Source: Pedobacter sp.
GTDB lineage: Bacteria; Desulfobacterota; Desulfuromonadia; Desulfuromonadales; Syntrophotaleaceae
DNA length: 64,000 bases
Assembly (NCBI GenBank): GCA_050253415.1
Contig: JBFWJC010000001.1
Coordinates: 776,679 to 840,678, forward strand
Direction of reading: 5' to 3'
Below the pieces are notes generated by a model that did not search any database, was not told the origin of the DNA, and saw only the letters and a program-made list of their open reading frames with translations. The position numbers and the translations under genes were made by a program. Shown here piece after piece: positions 19,848 through 30,243 of the stretch; within the stretch, counting starts at the first letter, position 1; each line of letters opens with the position of its first letter.

Positions 19848-21212
19848 ATGCCATCCACAATGCAAAAATTTATCTCTACCGTGCTCGGCGGGGTTTTTTT
19901 TACCACTTGTCTGCTGGCATGCGATGGTGCTAGGCGGACAGGTCAGACAAGTGTTCCCGCTTCGGCCCAGCGATCCGGAACAAAAAACATCATCGTGATG
20001 ATCTGCGACGGCATGGGCTATAACCACTATCAGGCCGCCAGCCTGTTCCTCTATGGCGAGCCGGACGGGCAGACCTACAACGCTTTTCCTGTGCGTGTCG
20101 GGATGAGTACCTTCCCGGCGGGGGGCCAGTACGATCCGGCCGGGGTCTGGGCTGATTTCGATGGGGTCACCCAGGGGGCTACTGACTCTGCGGCCGCAGC
20201 TACCGCCATGGCGACCGGCCGCAAGACCTACCGATATGCCGTCGGTGTGGACACCGGGCGCCGGGACCTGCGCAACGTGGTCGAAGTGGCGGAGAAGACC
20301 GGGCGGGCCACAGGGGTTATCACCAGCGTGCCGTTCAGCCATGCCACCCCCGCCGCTTTTGTGGTGCATAGTCCGACGCGGAACAACTACGAAGAAATTG
20401 CCCGGGACATGCTCGAAGAAAGTGGCCTGGAGGTGCTGATGGGATGCGGCCATCCCTGGTATGACGATGACGGCCGCAGACAGGAACCGTCGTCTTCGTA
20501 CCGCTACATCGGAGGGGAAAAGACCTGGAAGGCTCTGCAGCAAGGGACTCTGGGCAATGATTGCGATGGCGACGGTATAAATGATCCATGGGTTCTGATC
20601 CAGGATCGTCAGTCTTTCGTAAAGCTTGCCGAGGGCGAAACCCCCAAGCGCATTGTTGGTATCGCGAAAGTCGCCCAGACTCTGCAACAGAAACGCGCCG
20701 CTGGCGGATCCGATACGGCTTTTTCGCAACCTTTCATCGAGTCGGTACCGACTCTGGTAGAGATGACCGGCGCTGCCTTGAACGTACTGGATGACGATCC
20801 GGACGGCTTCTTTCTGATGGTGGAGGGCGGCGCCATCGATTGGGCCAGTCACGCCAATCAGAGCGGGCGGATGATCGAAGAACAGATCGCGTTTGATCGG
20901 GCGGTGGCACGGGTCATCGAGTGGGTGGAAACCCACAGTTCGTGGAAGGAGACGCTGCTGATCGTCACGGCCGACCATGAATGCGGCTTTCTCAACGGGG
21001 CCGGTCCGGTCAACCGGGGGATGTTGAGACAACCGGCTATGCAATGGCAAAGCCGTGGGCACACCAACGCCCTGGTGCCTCTGTTCGCAAAGGGCGCGGG
21101 GGCGGAATTGTTCAAAAACTATTACCAGCCCGAAGTCGATCCGGTTCGCGGACGCTATGTGGACAACGTTGCTGTCGGTCAACTGATCATGTCATTGCTG
21201 GCCAACCGCTAA
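19848..21212 (+). CDS. phoA: Alkaline phosphatase (PhoA family), probable lipoprotein
   Basis: DGMG, TDSAAAATA (catalytic Ser), HATPA, EGGAIDWASH, ADHE; lipobox LLAC. Start 19848 or 19860. Confidence 0.88.
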   Translation: MPSTMQKFISTVLGGVFFTTCLLACDGARRTGQTSVPASAQRSGTKNIIVMICDGMGYNHYQAASLFLYGEPDGQTYNAFPVRVGMSTFPAGGQYDPAGVWADFDGVTQGATDSAAAATAMATGRKTYRYAVGVDTGRRDLRNVVEVAEKTGRATGVITSVPFSHATPAAFVVHSPTRNNYEEIARDMLEESGLEVLMGCGHPWYDDDGRRQEPSSSYRYIGGEKTWKALQQGTLGNDCDGDGINDPWVLIQDRQSFVKLAEGETPKRIVGIAKVAQTLQQKRAAGGSDTAFSQPFIESVPTLVEMTGAALNVLDDDPDGFFLMVEGGAIDWASHANQSGRMIEEQIAFDRAVARVIEWVETHSSWKETLLIVTADHECGFLNGAGPVNRGMLRQPAMQWQSRGHTNALVPLFAKGAGAELFKNYYQPEVDPVRGRYVDNVAVGQLIMSLLANR

Positions 21213-21282
21213 GACCAATGCGTCCTATGCCTCAGGCCTGGATATGAATCAAGTTTGCACGATTTTATGCACGGCCCGTTTA

Positions 21283-21390
21283 TTGACACGCGTGTCGGGC
21301 CCATGCCATAGTTCTAGGGCAGCCACAATGACGTGATTGTAATTATTGGCAACGAGGCCTGCAGGGGAGATCCCCCCGCAGGCTTTTTTT
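21283..21390 (+). promoter_or_regulatory. Sigma70 promoter plus ANTAR dual-hairpin attenuator
   Basis: TTGACA-18-CATAGT with TG extension; CAC-AATGAC-GTG (21324-21335) and GGC-AACGAG-GCC (21348-21359); second hairpin overlaps terminator GCCTGC..GCAGGC-T7. Confidence 0.8.
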
Positions 21391-21418
21391 ATCTGTTCAC
21401 AACAATCTTGGAGGGACG

Positions 21419-21829
21419 ATGGCCACGGTGATTTTTTGGGAAAAACCGGGATGTAAAGGAAATGCTCGCCAAAAGGAAATATTGCTGGCTTCCGGGCATG
21501 AACTGGAGGTGCGCGATCTGCTGACCGAACCTTGGACAAAGGAACGCCTCGCTCGGTTTTTCGGTGCTCGGCCGGTGGCGGAATGGTTCAACATGACCAA
21601 CCCCCAGGTTAAAGCAGGGGAAATCGTACCCGCCAAGGTGACACCCGAAGAGGCTTTGACCATGATGGTGGCCGAGCCGTTGTTGATCGGTCGTCCGTTG
21701 ATGCAGGTCGGCGAGGAGCGGCTTGCCGGGTTTGATGTTGAGAGGGTTCACAACTGGATCGGCTTGAAGTCCGACACGGTCGGAAACCGGGATCCGAGCA
21801 TCTGTCCCTGTGTTACCAGCCAGGGGTAG
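21419..21829 (+). CDS. ArsC/Spx-family nitrogenase-associated protein
   Basis: IFWEKPGCKGNARQK...VRDLLTEPWT...PLLIGRPLM matches the TIGR01616-type family. Confidence 0.82.
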   Translation: MATVIFWEKPGCKGNARQKEILLASGHELEVRDLLTEPWTKERLARFFGARPVAEWFNMTNPQVKAGEIVPAKVTPEEALTMMVAEPLLIGRPLMQVGEERLAGFDVERVHNWIGLKSDTVGNRDPSICPCVTSQG

Positions 21830-22092
21830 GCTGGTCGCAAGCGCAGGTCGGGAGTAATAGATCCTGCAATAGTAAGATTTTTGCTGCTTCGTCCCGCAAA
21901 TTATGGTGAACTGAAGCCAGCCCCTGACAAGGCGTGATGTCATTGGCCTTCTTAATCCGATGGCAAGTAAAATATTACAGTTCTGCAGGAGTCCGAAGTT
22001 GCATGGACCGCCGAACAAGGTGGCTGCATGCTGAAGGTTCCTGCTGTTTCCCTGAGTTTGAATCGTTAAATATTCAACAGAATTGGTATGAA

Positions 22093-22551
22093 ATGAAAAT
22101 ATGGGTAGATGCCGATGCATGCCCGGCGGTGATTAAAGAGATATTGTTTCGGGCGGCAGAGCGTACCGGATTGCAAATGATGCTTGTAGCAAATCACTCC
22201 ATGCGTATTCCACCGTCACGGTATATTCAGTTCCTGCAAGTCGCATCCGGTTTCGATGTCGCGGACAATGAGATCGTCAAGCGGCTGGATGCCGGTGACC
22301 TTGTCATCACGGCGGATATCCCCCTGGCCGCCGAGGTGATTGAAAAAGGCGGGCATGCGCTCAATCCTCGCGGCGAACTTTATACCGTCGACAATATTAG
22401 GGAACGCCTGGTTATGCGGGATTTTATGGATACGCTGCGTGCCAGTGGTATCGATACCGGGGGGCCCGCGCCGTTAAACCAAAGCGACCGGAAATATTTT
22501 GCCAATCAACTGGATGCGTTTCTGACCAAGCACGCAAGCCAGCGTGGATAA
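22093..22551 (+). CDS. yaiI: YaiI/YqxD family protein
   Basis: [33 protein letters not shown]. Confidence 0.9.
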   Translation: MKIWVDADACPAVIKEILFRAAERTGLQMMLVANHSMRIPPSRYIQFLQVASGFDVADNEIVKRLDAGDLVITADIPLAAEVIEKGGHALNPRGELYTVDNIRERLVMRDFMDTLRASGIDTGGPAPLNQSDRKYFANQLDAFLTKHASQRG

Positions 22552-22771
22552 GGCAAGTTTGACGGTTTTCTGTGACGGGGTTATGGAGGTCGGATTTAAG
22601 CGTACAACGAGCTGTGGCCGTCTTGACGGTGCGTTCTGACGTGGTAGGGTTAAATTTATTTCAGACGGATTCCTGTGGCGATTGCCCCCTGTAAATTTTA
22701 GCCGAGGGGTTTGGCGAAGGTCAGCCATTTAAGCAGCCATAGAGGAGTAAATAACCCAGGAGGATGAAACC

Positions 22772-23821
22772 ATGATCGAGCGCATCGGTGCATTGTTGGG
22801 GGAAGAAAAAGCCCTTCTTGAATATTCCTGTACGGGTATCGACCGGCAGCGTTTGCAGCTGCCGGGGCCCGATTTCATCGAACGTGTGGTGTTGCCTTCG
22901 GATCGTTCGGTGGCCACCTTGCGCAATCTGGGGTTGTTATTCAACACGGGCCGGTTGGCCGGTACCGGTTACCTGTCGATCCTGCCTGTAGATCAAGGGG
23001 TGGAGCATTCCGGCGGAGCCTCCTTTGCCCCGAATCCCGATTACTTTGATCCGGCAAAGATTGTCGAACTGGCTATCGAGGGGGGCTGTAACGCGGTTGC
23101 CTCCACCGCCGGCGTGCTCGGCGCTGTGGCCCGCCGTTATGCGCACCGGATTCCGTTTATTCTCAAGGTTAACCACAACGAACTTCTCACCTACCCCAAT
23201 ACCTACGATCAGGTGCTGTTTTCCAGTGCGGATCGGGCTTTCGACATGGGCGCGGTGGGTGTCGGTGCGACCATCTATTTCGGTTCGCCGGAATCCCATC
23301 GGCAGATCGTGGAAATCGCCAACCTTTTCCAGCGGGCCCATGAGCTGGGCATGTTCACGGTCTTGTGGTGCTATCTGCGCAACTCCGCGTTCAAGCGGGA
23401 CAAGGATTACCATGCCTCCGCCGACCTCACCGGGCAGGCCAACCATCTGGGCGTGACGCTGCAGGCGGATATCATCAAGCAGAAACAGCCTGAGTGCAAC
23501 GGCGGCTACCCTGCCATCGAATTCGGCAAGACCCACAAGCGCATCTACGGCGATCTGGTTCCGGATCATCCCATCGAATGGACCCGCTACCAGGTCGCCA
23601 ACTGTTACATGGGGCGGGCCGGCTTGATCAACTCCGGCGGGGCTTCAAAAGGTCATGACGATCTGGCCCAGGCGGTGCGCACGGCGGTGATCAACAAGCG
23701 CGCCGGCGGCACGGGACTCATCAGTGGCCGCAAGGCCTTTCAGAAGCCGATGAAGGAAGGCGTGGAGTTGCTGAACGCCATTCAGGATGTTTATCTGTGC
23801 CCGGAGGTGACCATCGCCTGA
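22772..23821 (+). CDS. fbaB: Class I fructose-bisphosphate aldolase
   Basis: [34 protein letters not shown]. Confidence 0.95.
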   Translation: MIERIGALLGEEKALLEYSCTGIDRQRLQLPGPDFIERVVLPSDRSVATLRNLGLLFNTGRLAGTGYLSILPVDQGVEHSGGASFAPNPDYFDPAKIVELAIEGGCNAVASTAGVLGAVARRYAHRIPFILKVNHNELLTYPNTYDQVLFSSADRAFDMGAVGVGATIYFGSPESHRQIVEIANLFQRAHELGMFTVLWCYLRNSAFKRDKDYHASADLTGQANHLGVTLQADIIKQKQPECNGGYPAIEFGKTHKRIYGDLVPDHPIEWTRYQVANCYMGRAGLINSGGASKGHDDLAQAVRTAVINKRAGGTGLISGRKAFQKPMKEGVELLNAIQDVYLCPEVTIA

Positions 23822-23889
23822 CCATTTCGAACGGTTGCAAAGCTGATCGTTGGGGCTTCCGGATTGGCGATCCGGGTTGGAGGAACAGC

Positions 23890-25209
23890 ATGGGACATCT
23901 GGTCGGCAAGGATCTTTATCGCAAGCTCGGCAAGAAAATCGACAACCTTACCGTTCGTGCGCCCTGGAACGATACCCTCTACGCCATCCTCAAACAACTT
24001 TACTCGGATGAGGAAGCCGAGCTGGTGGTCCGGATGCCTTATTCGCTGGCCAGCCTGGAGCGTATCGCGCAACTCACCGGCTGGCCGGTGAAGCGTCTGC
24101 GATCTCTGCTCGAAGGGTTGTGCGATAAGGGGCTGGTTCTTGATCTGTGGGTTAACGGAGAGTATTGCTATATGCCGTCGCCCATGGTGATCGGTATCTT
24201 CGAGTTCACCCTGATGCGGACCGGTTCGGATCTCGACACTCCTGAACTGGCCAAGCTTTTCCACCATTACCTGTACGATGACCAGGCTTTTGTTGCGGCC
24301 AATTTCGATGACGACAAACAGGTCTCCATCATGCGCAGCCTTCCGCACGAAGAAGCTCTGCGGGAGGGAGAGTACCTGGAGGTGTTCGATTACGAACGGG
24401 CCAGCGCCCTTATCGAAACCTCCGACAAGTTTGCCATCGGTATCTGCAGCTGCCGCCACGAAAAGCTGCATGCCGCCACGAAGGAGTGCGACGTTCCGCT
24501 TGAGAGTTGTACGACCTTCGGTTTCGGCGCCGATTATCTCATCCGCCATAACCTTGCCAGGGAGGTCTCCCGCTCGGAGATGCGCGACCATTTTGCCCGT
24601 TCCCGGGATATGGGGCTGGTGCTTAATGCTGACAATGTTAAACGGAACATGGCCTTCGTCTGCCACTGCTGCAAGTGTTGTTGCAACCCCCTGCTCGGCA
24701 TCCGCCGGTTGGGCTATCCTCACTGCGTGGTCACTTCGAGTTTTATTGCCACCATCGACGCCACTACCTGTATCGGCTGCGGCCGCTGCGCCAAGGCCTG
24801 CCCTATCGAGACGATTTCCCTGACGCCGGTTGCAACCGATACTTCGCAGGGCAAAACCAGGCAGATTGCGGTCGTCGACAACGCCATCTGCCTCGGGTGC
24901 GGGGTCTGTGCCCTCAAATGCAAACCGGGCGCCTGTCGCCTGACCAAACGCTCACAGCGGGTCATCCATCCCGAAACCACCTTCGAGCGCATCATGCTGC
25001 AATGTCTGGAGCGGGGGACTCTGCAAAACCAGATCTTTGACGATCCCCAGAGTCTGAATCACAAGTTCATGCGCGGTTTCGTCGGCGGTTTCCTGAAACT
25101 GCCGCCGGTCAAAAAAGCCCTCATGAGCGATGCCTTGCGCTCGCGCTTTCTCGACGCTATGAAACAGGGGGCGGCCAAGCAGGGCAAGGGGTGGTTGTCC
25201 GAGATGTAA
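23890..25209 (+). CDS. Multi-[4Fe-4S] protein
   Basis: ICSCRH, CHCCKCCC, CIGCGRCAKACP, CLGCGVCALKC. Confidence 0.85.
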   Translation: MGHLVGKDLYRKLGKKIDNLTVRAPWNDTLYAILKQLYSDEEAELVVRMPYSLASLERIAQLTGWPVKRLRSLLEGLCDKGLVLDLWVNGEYCYMPSPMVIGIFEFTLMRTGSDLDTPELAKLFHHYLYDDQAFVAANFDDDKQVSIMRSLPHEEALREGEYLEVFDYERASALIETSDKFAIGICSCRHEKLHAATKECDVPLESCTTFGFGADYLIRHNLAREVSRSEMRDHFARSRDMGLVLNADNVKRNMAFVCHCCKCCCNPLLGIRRLGYPHCVVTSSFIATIDATTCIGCGRCAKACPIETISLTPVATDTSQGKTRQIAVVDNAICLGCGVCALKCKPGACRLTKRSQRVIHPETTFERIMLQCLERGTLQNQIFDDPQSLNHKFMRGFVGGFLKLPPVKKALMSDALRSRFLDAMKQGAAKQGKGWLSEM

Positions 25210-25244
25210 GGGCGGTTGAGGGGCTGTGTTGCCAGAGGAAGCGG

Positions 25245-25427
25245 ATGAAAAATCCGGACAGAGCAAAAGTTACACGACTCGATGAACTGCCAAATATTGG
25301 CAAGGCCATGGCGCAGAATCTTCGTTTGATCGGTATCGATCATCCTATGGAAGGCGGCGAACCACTGTCATGATGGTCGTTCACCGGGAAACGAAAAAAG
25401 AAGTTCTGCAAAACTCAAAGGAAATGA
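25245..25427 (+). pseudogene. Degraded helix-hairpin-helix protein (Cdd1/mitomycin-resistance-like family)
   Basis: MKNPDRAKVTRLDELPNIGKAMAQNLRLIGIDHP joined directly to MEGGEPLS*WSFT; central region missing and first Trp of the usual PWW replaced by TGA. Confidence 0.7.
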
Positions 25428-25629
25428 GGTGCCTGACTCTGTCACCGGATATCCTTGGCAGTCTTTTATGCATCACGCCATTGGGGCGCCACGATAAATA
25501 TTCTTCCCATGGTTCTCCGTCATCTGATCTTTAACATGTTCCGGCAGGTGATAAACTGGAAACGAGACTCGCAACAGCAGGAGCGAGACCGGCTGCCTCA
25601 CAGGGCATGATCCGGAAGGGGAGGAGAGC

Positions 25630-27444
25630 ATGACCACGCCGATACAGCAGCTCAGTCCGTTGCGCAACACCACCTGTGCCGAAGATGCGACTGCACTGAC
25701 CGCCGAGCAACTGCGTCATTTCGGCATCGACCCCACAGGAGATTACGGGCAGGCTCTCGCTACCTTGACCCACAGCCTCTACCAGGCCCATGGGGCGGTC
25801 CATGAATTGTGGCGCATCACCGCAGAGACCCTGAGCAGGCTTGATCGTAGCGACCGCATCGCCTACTTCAACGCCAAACGCTTCGCTTCCTTCCAGTTGG
25901 CCAAGATCCTCGACACCTTGCAGACTCCTTTGAGACGCACCTATCAGTCACTCAGCGTCCGCCCGCGCGGTTACGCCAGTCGTGGGGCCTATCCCCTGTT
26001 CGACAATGTGCCGGCAATCTTCAGTGCCAACCCGGTCATCGCCCGTACGGCCACCTATCTGTTTGCCTGCACCGAATGGGTCGAGGATGCCTTCAAGGGA
26101 AGGGAGTCCTTGCTGGATATTTACTCCCGACTTTTCAATCCGACCTCCATTAGCCTTGCTCACCATATGGTCGAGTTGGAAGCCGGAGCGCTGGCCGGAG
26201 AGTATATGGCCTGGAATTTTAATTCCGGCATGGCCGCCATCGATGGCCTGCTGGCCCATCTGATCGGTTCCCGCGATATCGTGCTTGTCAGCCGCAACAT
26301 CTATGGCGGGACCTACCAGTTGCTGCACGACTGGTACGGCAACAGGAACAAACTCGATATCGCTCTCGAGTGGTTCGACGGGTTTGACGGCCCGGCCTTT
26401 GAACAGGCGCTGCAGCATTGCCGCAGCAAGCATGCCGCGCGCCTGGCCGAGGGGCGCAGGATCTGCGTCTACCTCGAGTCACCCTGCAATCCCCACGGAA
26501 ACGTACTCGATGTTCCCGAGATAAGCCGTATCGCTCACCAGTATGGCTCTCTCGTGGTTTGCGACGCCACCATCGGCACCCCGTTTCTCTTCCCGGTGTT
26601 GAAGCGTCAGGATCCGACCGAACGCCCCGACTTTGTCATCCACTCCTACACCAAGGACCTCTCGGGTAGCGGGACCACTACCGCCGGGGTGGTGATCGGG
26701 CGCACCGAGCGCATGTTCCTCCCCAAAGGGGATAGCGTCACCATCGACGGCCCGGACGGTCACGCCGAAATCATCCCTTGGGATCAGACCATGTTCTGGA
26801 ACGTCTTCTACGTGAAGGGGGCGTTTCTCGATGCGGACAAGGCCTTCGAGGTTCTCAACGGTTTGCGCACCTTCGAAAGTCGCATGCTGCAAAAGGGGAT
26901 CAACACTCTGGTGCTGGCGCGGGTGCTTGATCGCCATCCTAACATCAATGTCCACAGTTCGGCGGTGAGAAACCATCCCAACGCCCCCTTGCGGGAGAAA
27001 CGGATGTTCCTTGGACTTCCGGCTCCCCTGTTCACAATCGACCTGGAACCGAAATCCAGTCGTCTGCCGATTCCCACGGAGGCTTTCAAACGCTTTTTCG
27101 ACTGCCTCGAACCGGCGGTGGGGTTGCAGGTGAGTTTGGGGCAAACCAACACCATGGTCCTTTGTCCGGCTTTGACCAGTCACTCGGAACTCTCTGCCGA
27201 GGCTCTCAAGGAGGCAGGGATCGCTCCAACCACCATTCGGATTTCGGTCGGTCTCGAAGATCCCCGCGTGCTTTTGGCCCATATGCTGCGGGCGGCACAG
27301 CTATGCATCGAACCTTTCCGTCCCGGCTTTTGCAGCGGGTTTCCCGAGGCGGAGGAGATCGATCATCTTTATCGCAGTATCTACCTCGAATGGCACCGCC
27401 GCTTCATCGAAGCCCAGCCCGATTTTACGACTTTGGCCTCGTAA
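25630..27444 (+). CDS. PLP-dependent Cys/Met metabolism enzyme, long form
   Basis: YSRLFNPT, FNSGMAAI, ESPCNP, DATIGTP, HSYTK, IRISVGLED. Confidence 0.88.
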   Translation: MTTPIQQLSPLRNTTCAEDATALTAEQLRHFGIDPTGDYGQALATLTHSLYQAHGAVHELWRITAETLSRLDRSDRIAYFNAKRFASFQLAKILDTLQTPLRRTYQSLSVRPRGYASRGAYPLFDNVPAIFSANPVIARTATYLFACTEWVEDAFKGRESLLDIYSRLFNPTSISLAHHMVELEAGALAGEYMAWNFNSGMAAIDGLLAHLIGSRDIVLVSRNIYGGTYQLLHDWYGNRNKLDIALEWFDGFDGPAFEQALQHCRSKHAARLAEGRRICVYLESPCNPHGNVLDVPEISRIAHQYGSLVVCDATIGTPFLFPVLKRQDPTERPDFVIHSYTKDLSGSGTTTAGVVIGRTERMFLPKGDSVTIDGPDGHAEIIPWDQTMFWNVFYVKGAFLDADKAFEVLNGLRTFESRMLQKGINTLVLARVLDRHPNINVHSSAVRNHPNAPLREKRMFLGLPAPLFTIDLEPKSSRLPIPTEAFKRFFDCLEPAVGLQVSLGQTNTMVLCPALTSHSELSAEALKEAGIAPTTIRISVGLEDPRVLLAHMLRAAQLCIEPFRPGFCSGFPEAEEIDHLYRSIYLEWHRRFIEAQPDFTTLAS

Positions 27445-27480
27445 CCGGACAGGTTGAATACCGTACGGTTGGGATTCGAT

Positions 27481-27509
27481 TTGACACAGACTCTAATTAA
27501 AGATAAAAT
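27481..27509 (+). promoter_or_regulatory. Near-consensus sigma70 promoter
   Basis: TTGACA-17 nt-TAAAAT. Confidence 0.65.
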
Positions 27510-27609
27510 TAATTATGACAAAATTGGTTTTGTTTTTGTGCGAGACCGGACGCCTTGGGGCTTCGGATAAAGAGGGACAACGCAAGACAGTCAGAACGAG
27601 GAGGGGGCC

Positions 27610-27957
27610 ATGCGAAGAGTCGTCGAAATTACAGCACTGACCCTTAAAAGGCTTCAGAACTACCGACAGGTTGTTGACAATGAATTGCATCACGCGCATA
27701 AGCGGCAGTGGATGGAAATGACCCTGGAGAGTATGCAGGCCTGCGAAGTCGCCGTGAAAAAGTCGGATCGCATCGGTGCCGCGGTGGGTTATGCCAGCGT
27801 CCAGTTCAGGATCCAGAATGGATTAACTCATGATAGGTCCCTGTATGGTGAACCGTTGCTGGTTAACGGGCTGGTCGGCTTATTGAGAGAACTATGCATC
27901 CCCGTAGTAATGATCGATACCCCCGAACGGACTCCGGAATCCATGCTCTCGAATTAG
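27610..27957 (+). CDS. Hypothetical protein
   Basis: GAGGAGG RBS, promoter upstream, hairpin downstream. Confidence 0.7.
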   Translation: MRRVVEITALTLKRLQNYRQVVDNELHHAHKRQWMEMTLESMQACEVAVKKSDRIGAAVGYASVQFRIQNGLTHDRSLYGEPLLVNGLVGLLRELCIPVVMIDTPERTPESMLSN

Positions 27958-27985
27958 CTGGAGTTTTCATTCAGAGGAGATCCAT

Positions 27986-28029
27986 AACCGCTGGTTGCTG
28001 AGCTTGTAGATAGCGCGCAACCAGCGGTT
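27986..28029. terminator. Hairpin between convergent genes
   Basis: AACCGCTGGTTGC...GCAACCAGCGGTT. Confidence 0.6.
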
Positions 28030-28047
28030 GTCCATTCAAAATCTTTG

Positions 28048-28821
28048 TCAGTAACGAAAGTGCTTGATCCTTTCGCCTTTATCCTCGATTTCCGTCATGG
28101 CCTCGATGCCGATCTGCAGGTGGATGTCGGTCCATTTACGGGAAACCATCTGATCCATTTCTTCGGTCTTGATGCCTTCCGGAGTCAGCGGCAGGTCGGA
28201 GGTGAGCAGCAAAGCACCCCGTGCGATGGCGTTGTAGTGACCGACAATAAACAGGGTGGCTGTCTCCATGTCGATGGCGATGCAGGTCATCGCCTGCAGC
28301 CGCTTCAAAAAGGCCCGGTCATGCTCCCATAATCGGCGGTTGGTGGTATAGACCACGCCGGTGCGGTACTCGTGCCCGTGGGCGACGATCTTTTCCGACA
28401 CGAATTTGTGCAGTTTGAAGGACGGCAGAGCAGGCACTTCGGGTGGGAAATAATCGTTGCTGGTGCCTTCGCTGCGAATGGCCGCGATGGGCAGGATGAA
28501 ATGCCCGATTTCCGAGGATTGTTTGAGACCACCGCATTTGCCGAGCAGCAGGACCCCCTTGGGGCTGCGCGCGCTGAGTAGATCCATGATGGTGGCGGCA
28601 TTAGCCGAGCCCATGCCGATGTGAATCATGGTCAGACCATGGCTGTTGGTGGCGGCAGGCATCGGTCTGTCCGCACCGCGAATGTCACAATTGAATCGTG
28701 CGGCAAAGTGATTGAGATAGGATCGGAAATTGGTCAGCAGAATGTAATCCCCGATTTCGTCCAGGGCCATTCCGGTGTAACGGGGTAGCCAGTTTTTGGC
28801 GATATCCAGTTTTTCGGTCAT
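28048..28821 (-). CDS. amn: AMP nucleosidase (short form, PNP/UDP phosphorylase fold)
   Basis: NWLPRYTG, GMGSANAATIMDLL, LGKCGGL, TTNRRLWEHD, IDMETAT. Confidence 0.88.
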   Translation of the reverse strand: MTEKLDIAKNWLPRYTGMALDEIGDYILLTNFRSYLNHFAARFNCDIRGADRPMPAATNSHGLTMIHIGMGSANAATIMDLLSARSPKGVLLLGKCGGLKQSSEIGHFILPIAAIRSEGTSNDYFPPEVPALPSFKLHKFVSEKIVAHGHEYRTGVVYTTNRRLWEHDRAFLKRLQAMTCIAIDMETATLFIVGHYNAIARGALLLTSDLPLTPEGIKTEEMDQMVSRKWTDIHLQIGIEAMTEIEDKGERIKHFRY

Positions 28822-28887
28822 CGGCAAGTTAATCTCCCTTTTGGTGCAGAGCATTCTATTTCAATTCTAAATCACGGTTCATACCGG

Positions 28888-29598
28888 TCAGGGGCGGGGT
28901 ATCCTGTTGTGTCGGTCGCCACCTCGAGTTTGCTGGAGCTGCAGGATGAAATCGTCCCTTTCCATGCCGAGGAGGAAACGGGATCCGCAGTAGCCGCATC
29001 CAACCGGCTCCAGAACTTTGGGCGCCAGGGTCAGAACCTTACCGCAAACCGGGCACCACATGTCGATGGCGGCCCCTTGGCGGATCTCTGCCAGCGCTTT
29101 CTCGAAAATCTTGCGGTGCGCCCGTTCCTGTTCGGCTACATCCTCAAACAGGTCGCTGACAGGGCCGCAGGTTTCCCGGGCGAAATAGCGGTAAATGATA
29201 TCGGCCCGCTGCTCCTGGACAATATCTGTTACCAGGGCGCGCACGACGCTCCGCATCCCCGGTATCGGGTCGACCTCCGGAACCCGAACCTCGTCGAACA
29301 GATCCTCGGGAAAAACGATTCTGGGCACAGGTTCGTTGGTTGGATTGAGGGCCTGGGCCGCTTCCAGAAACCACTCCCGGTGGACGATTTCGACCTCCAC
29401 CACACCAAGCAGGTCGCGCAGAATTACCGGTACCGGTCGGAAGTGATAAACCTCGTCCAGCACGTAATATTGCGGGACCAGTGGTGTCGTGGCGAAAGGG
29501 TCCCGATGATGCTGGCGGGTGTAGAGCAAGATGGCGAAATCTTCGCGCCCGGCGCTCTCCAGCAGGCAGCTCACGGCATAACGGTCCTGGGAATTCAT
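28888..29598 (-). CDS. Ferritin-like diiron protein with C-terminal 4-Cys metal site (rubrerythrin-like)
   Basis: EIVH and ERAH ExxH motifs; CPVC...CGYC. Confidence 0.7.
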   Translation of the reverse strand: MNSQDRYAVSCLLESAGREDFAILLYTRQHHRDPFATTPLVPQYYVLDEVYHFRPVPVILRDLLGVVEVEIVHREWFLEAAQALNPTNEPVPRIVFPEDLFDEVRVPEVDPIPGMRSVVRALVTDIVQEQRADIIYRYFARETCGPVSDLFEDVAEQERAHRKIFEKALAEIRQGAAIDMWCPVCGKVLTLAPKVLEPVGCGYCGSRFLLGMERDDFILQLQQTRGGDRHNRIPRP

Positions 29599-29657
29599 AG
29601 GCACCCCCTCTAAGAGAATCCTGGCTCATGCTTAAGAGCATATATCCCGATAACCTT

Positions 29658-30134
29658 TTACGATTCCGCCAAAATTCGGATCAAAAGCCTCTGCAAGTAG
29701 GAAACGGCCTCGGGCATGCCCTCCTTCGGAGCCCACGGAGCCAGTTCCTTTGGGGCATCGGGTATGTAGGGCCCCGGCTTGGTTTCAAAAAGTACCGAGC
29801 CGGATTCCAGACACACCACCGTATGCCAGACTCCGGTCGGAATGTCGATGCCGAGAACGGGTTCGCCCTTACCGAAAATCTGCAACTTTTGTATTTCACC
29901 ACCATCACCGAAAATCACCAGTACCATCCTGCCGCGCAGGCCGAGCAGACACTCGGGCTTGGGATCGAGCAAATGCCGGTGGGGATGGACGTAAGTCCCG
30001 GGTTCCATGGCGATCAACAGCCGCTGACACGTCTCATCCGGGCTGTTGTGGAGGTTGTGGTGATGACGCAGGCGTGCGGATTCCGCAGCCTGTCGTGAAA
30101 GGTTTGTGAATAAAGAGGAATCGAGGAGTTTCAT
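29658..30134 (-). CDS. WbuC-family cupin metalloprotein
   Basis: RLRHHHNLH, QRLLIAMEPGTYVHPHRH, WHT, FETKPGPY. Confidence 0.88.
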   Translation of the reverse strand: MKLLDSSLFTNLSRQAAESARLRHHHNLHNSPDETCQRLLIAMEPGTYVHPHRHLLDPKPECLLGLRGRMVLVIFGDGGEIQKLQIFGKGEPVLGIDIPTGVWHTVVCLESGSVLFETKPGPYIPDAPKELAPWAPKEGMPEAVSYLQRLLIRILAES

Positions 30135-30243
30135 GCGGTCGACCTTCCTGTCCGCGGTTATTCGTAACCGCCCGAGGTTAAATCATACCAGAAAGGATCG
30201 GCATGGAGGGCGGGAAAGAGTGGGCGGGAGGTTCGGCCTCTCT

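Noticed and set aside
21256..21271. NtrC site TGCACGATTTTATGCA
   Set aside because: Spacer is one base shorter than TGCAC-N7-GTGCA and no sigma54 box follows
25430..25629. SAM/SAH or yybP riboswitch before the Cys/Met PLP enzyme
   Set aside because: GCGAGACC and hairpins are present, but no S-box, SAH or GGGGAGUAGC core
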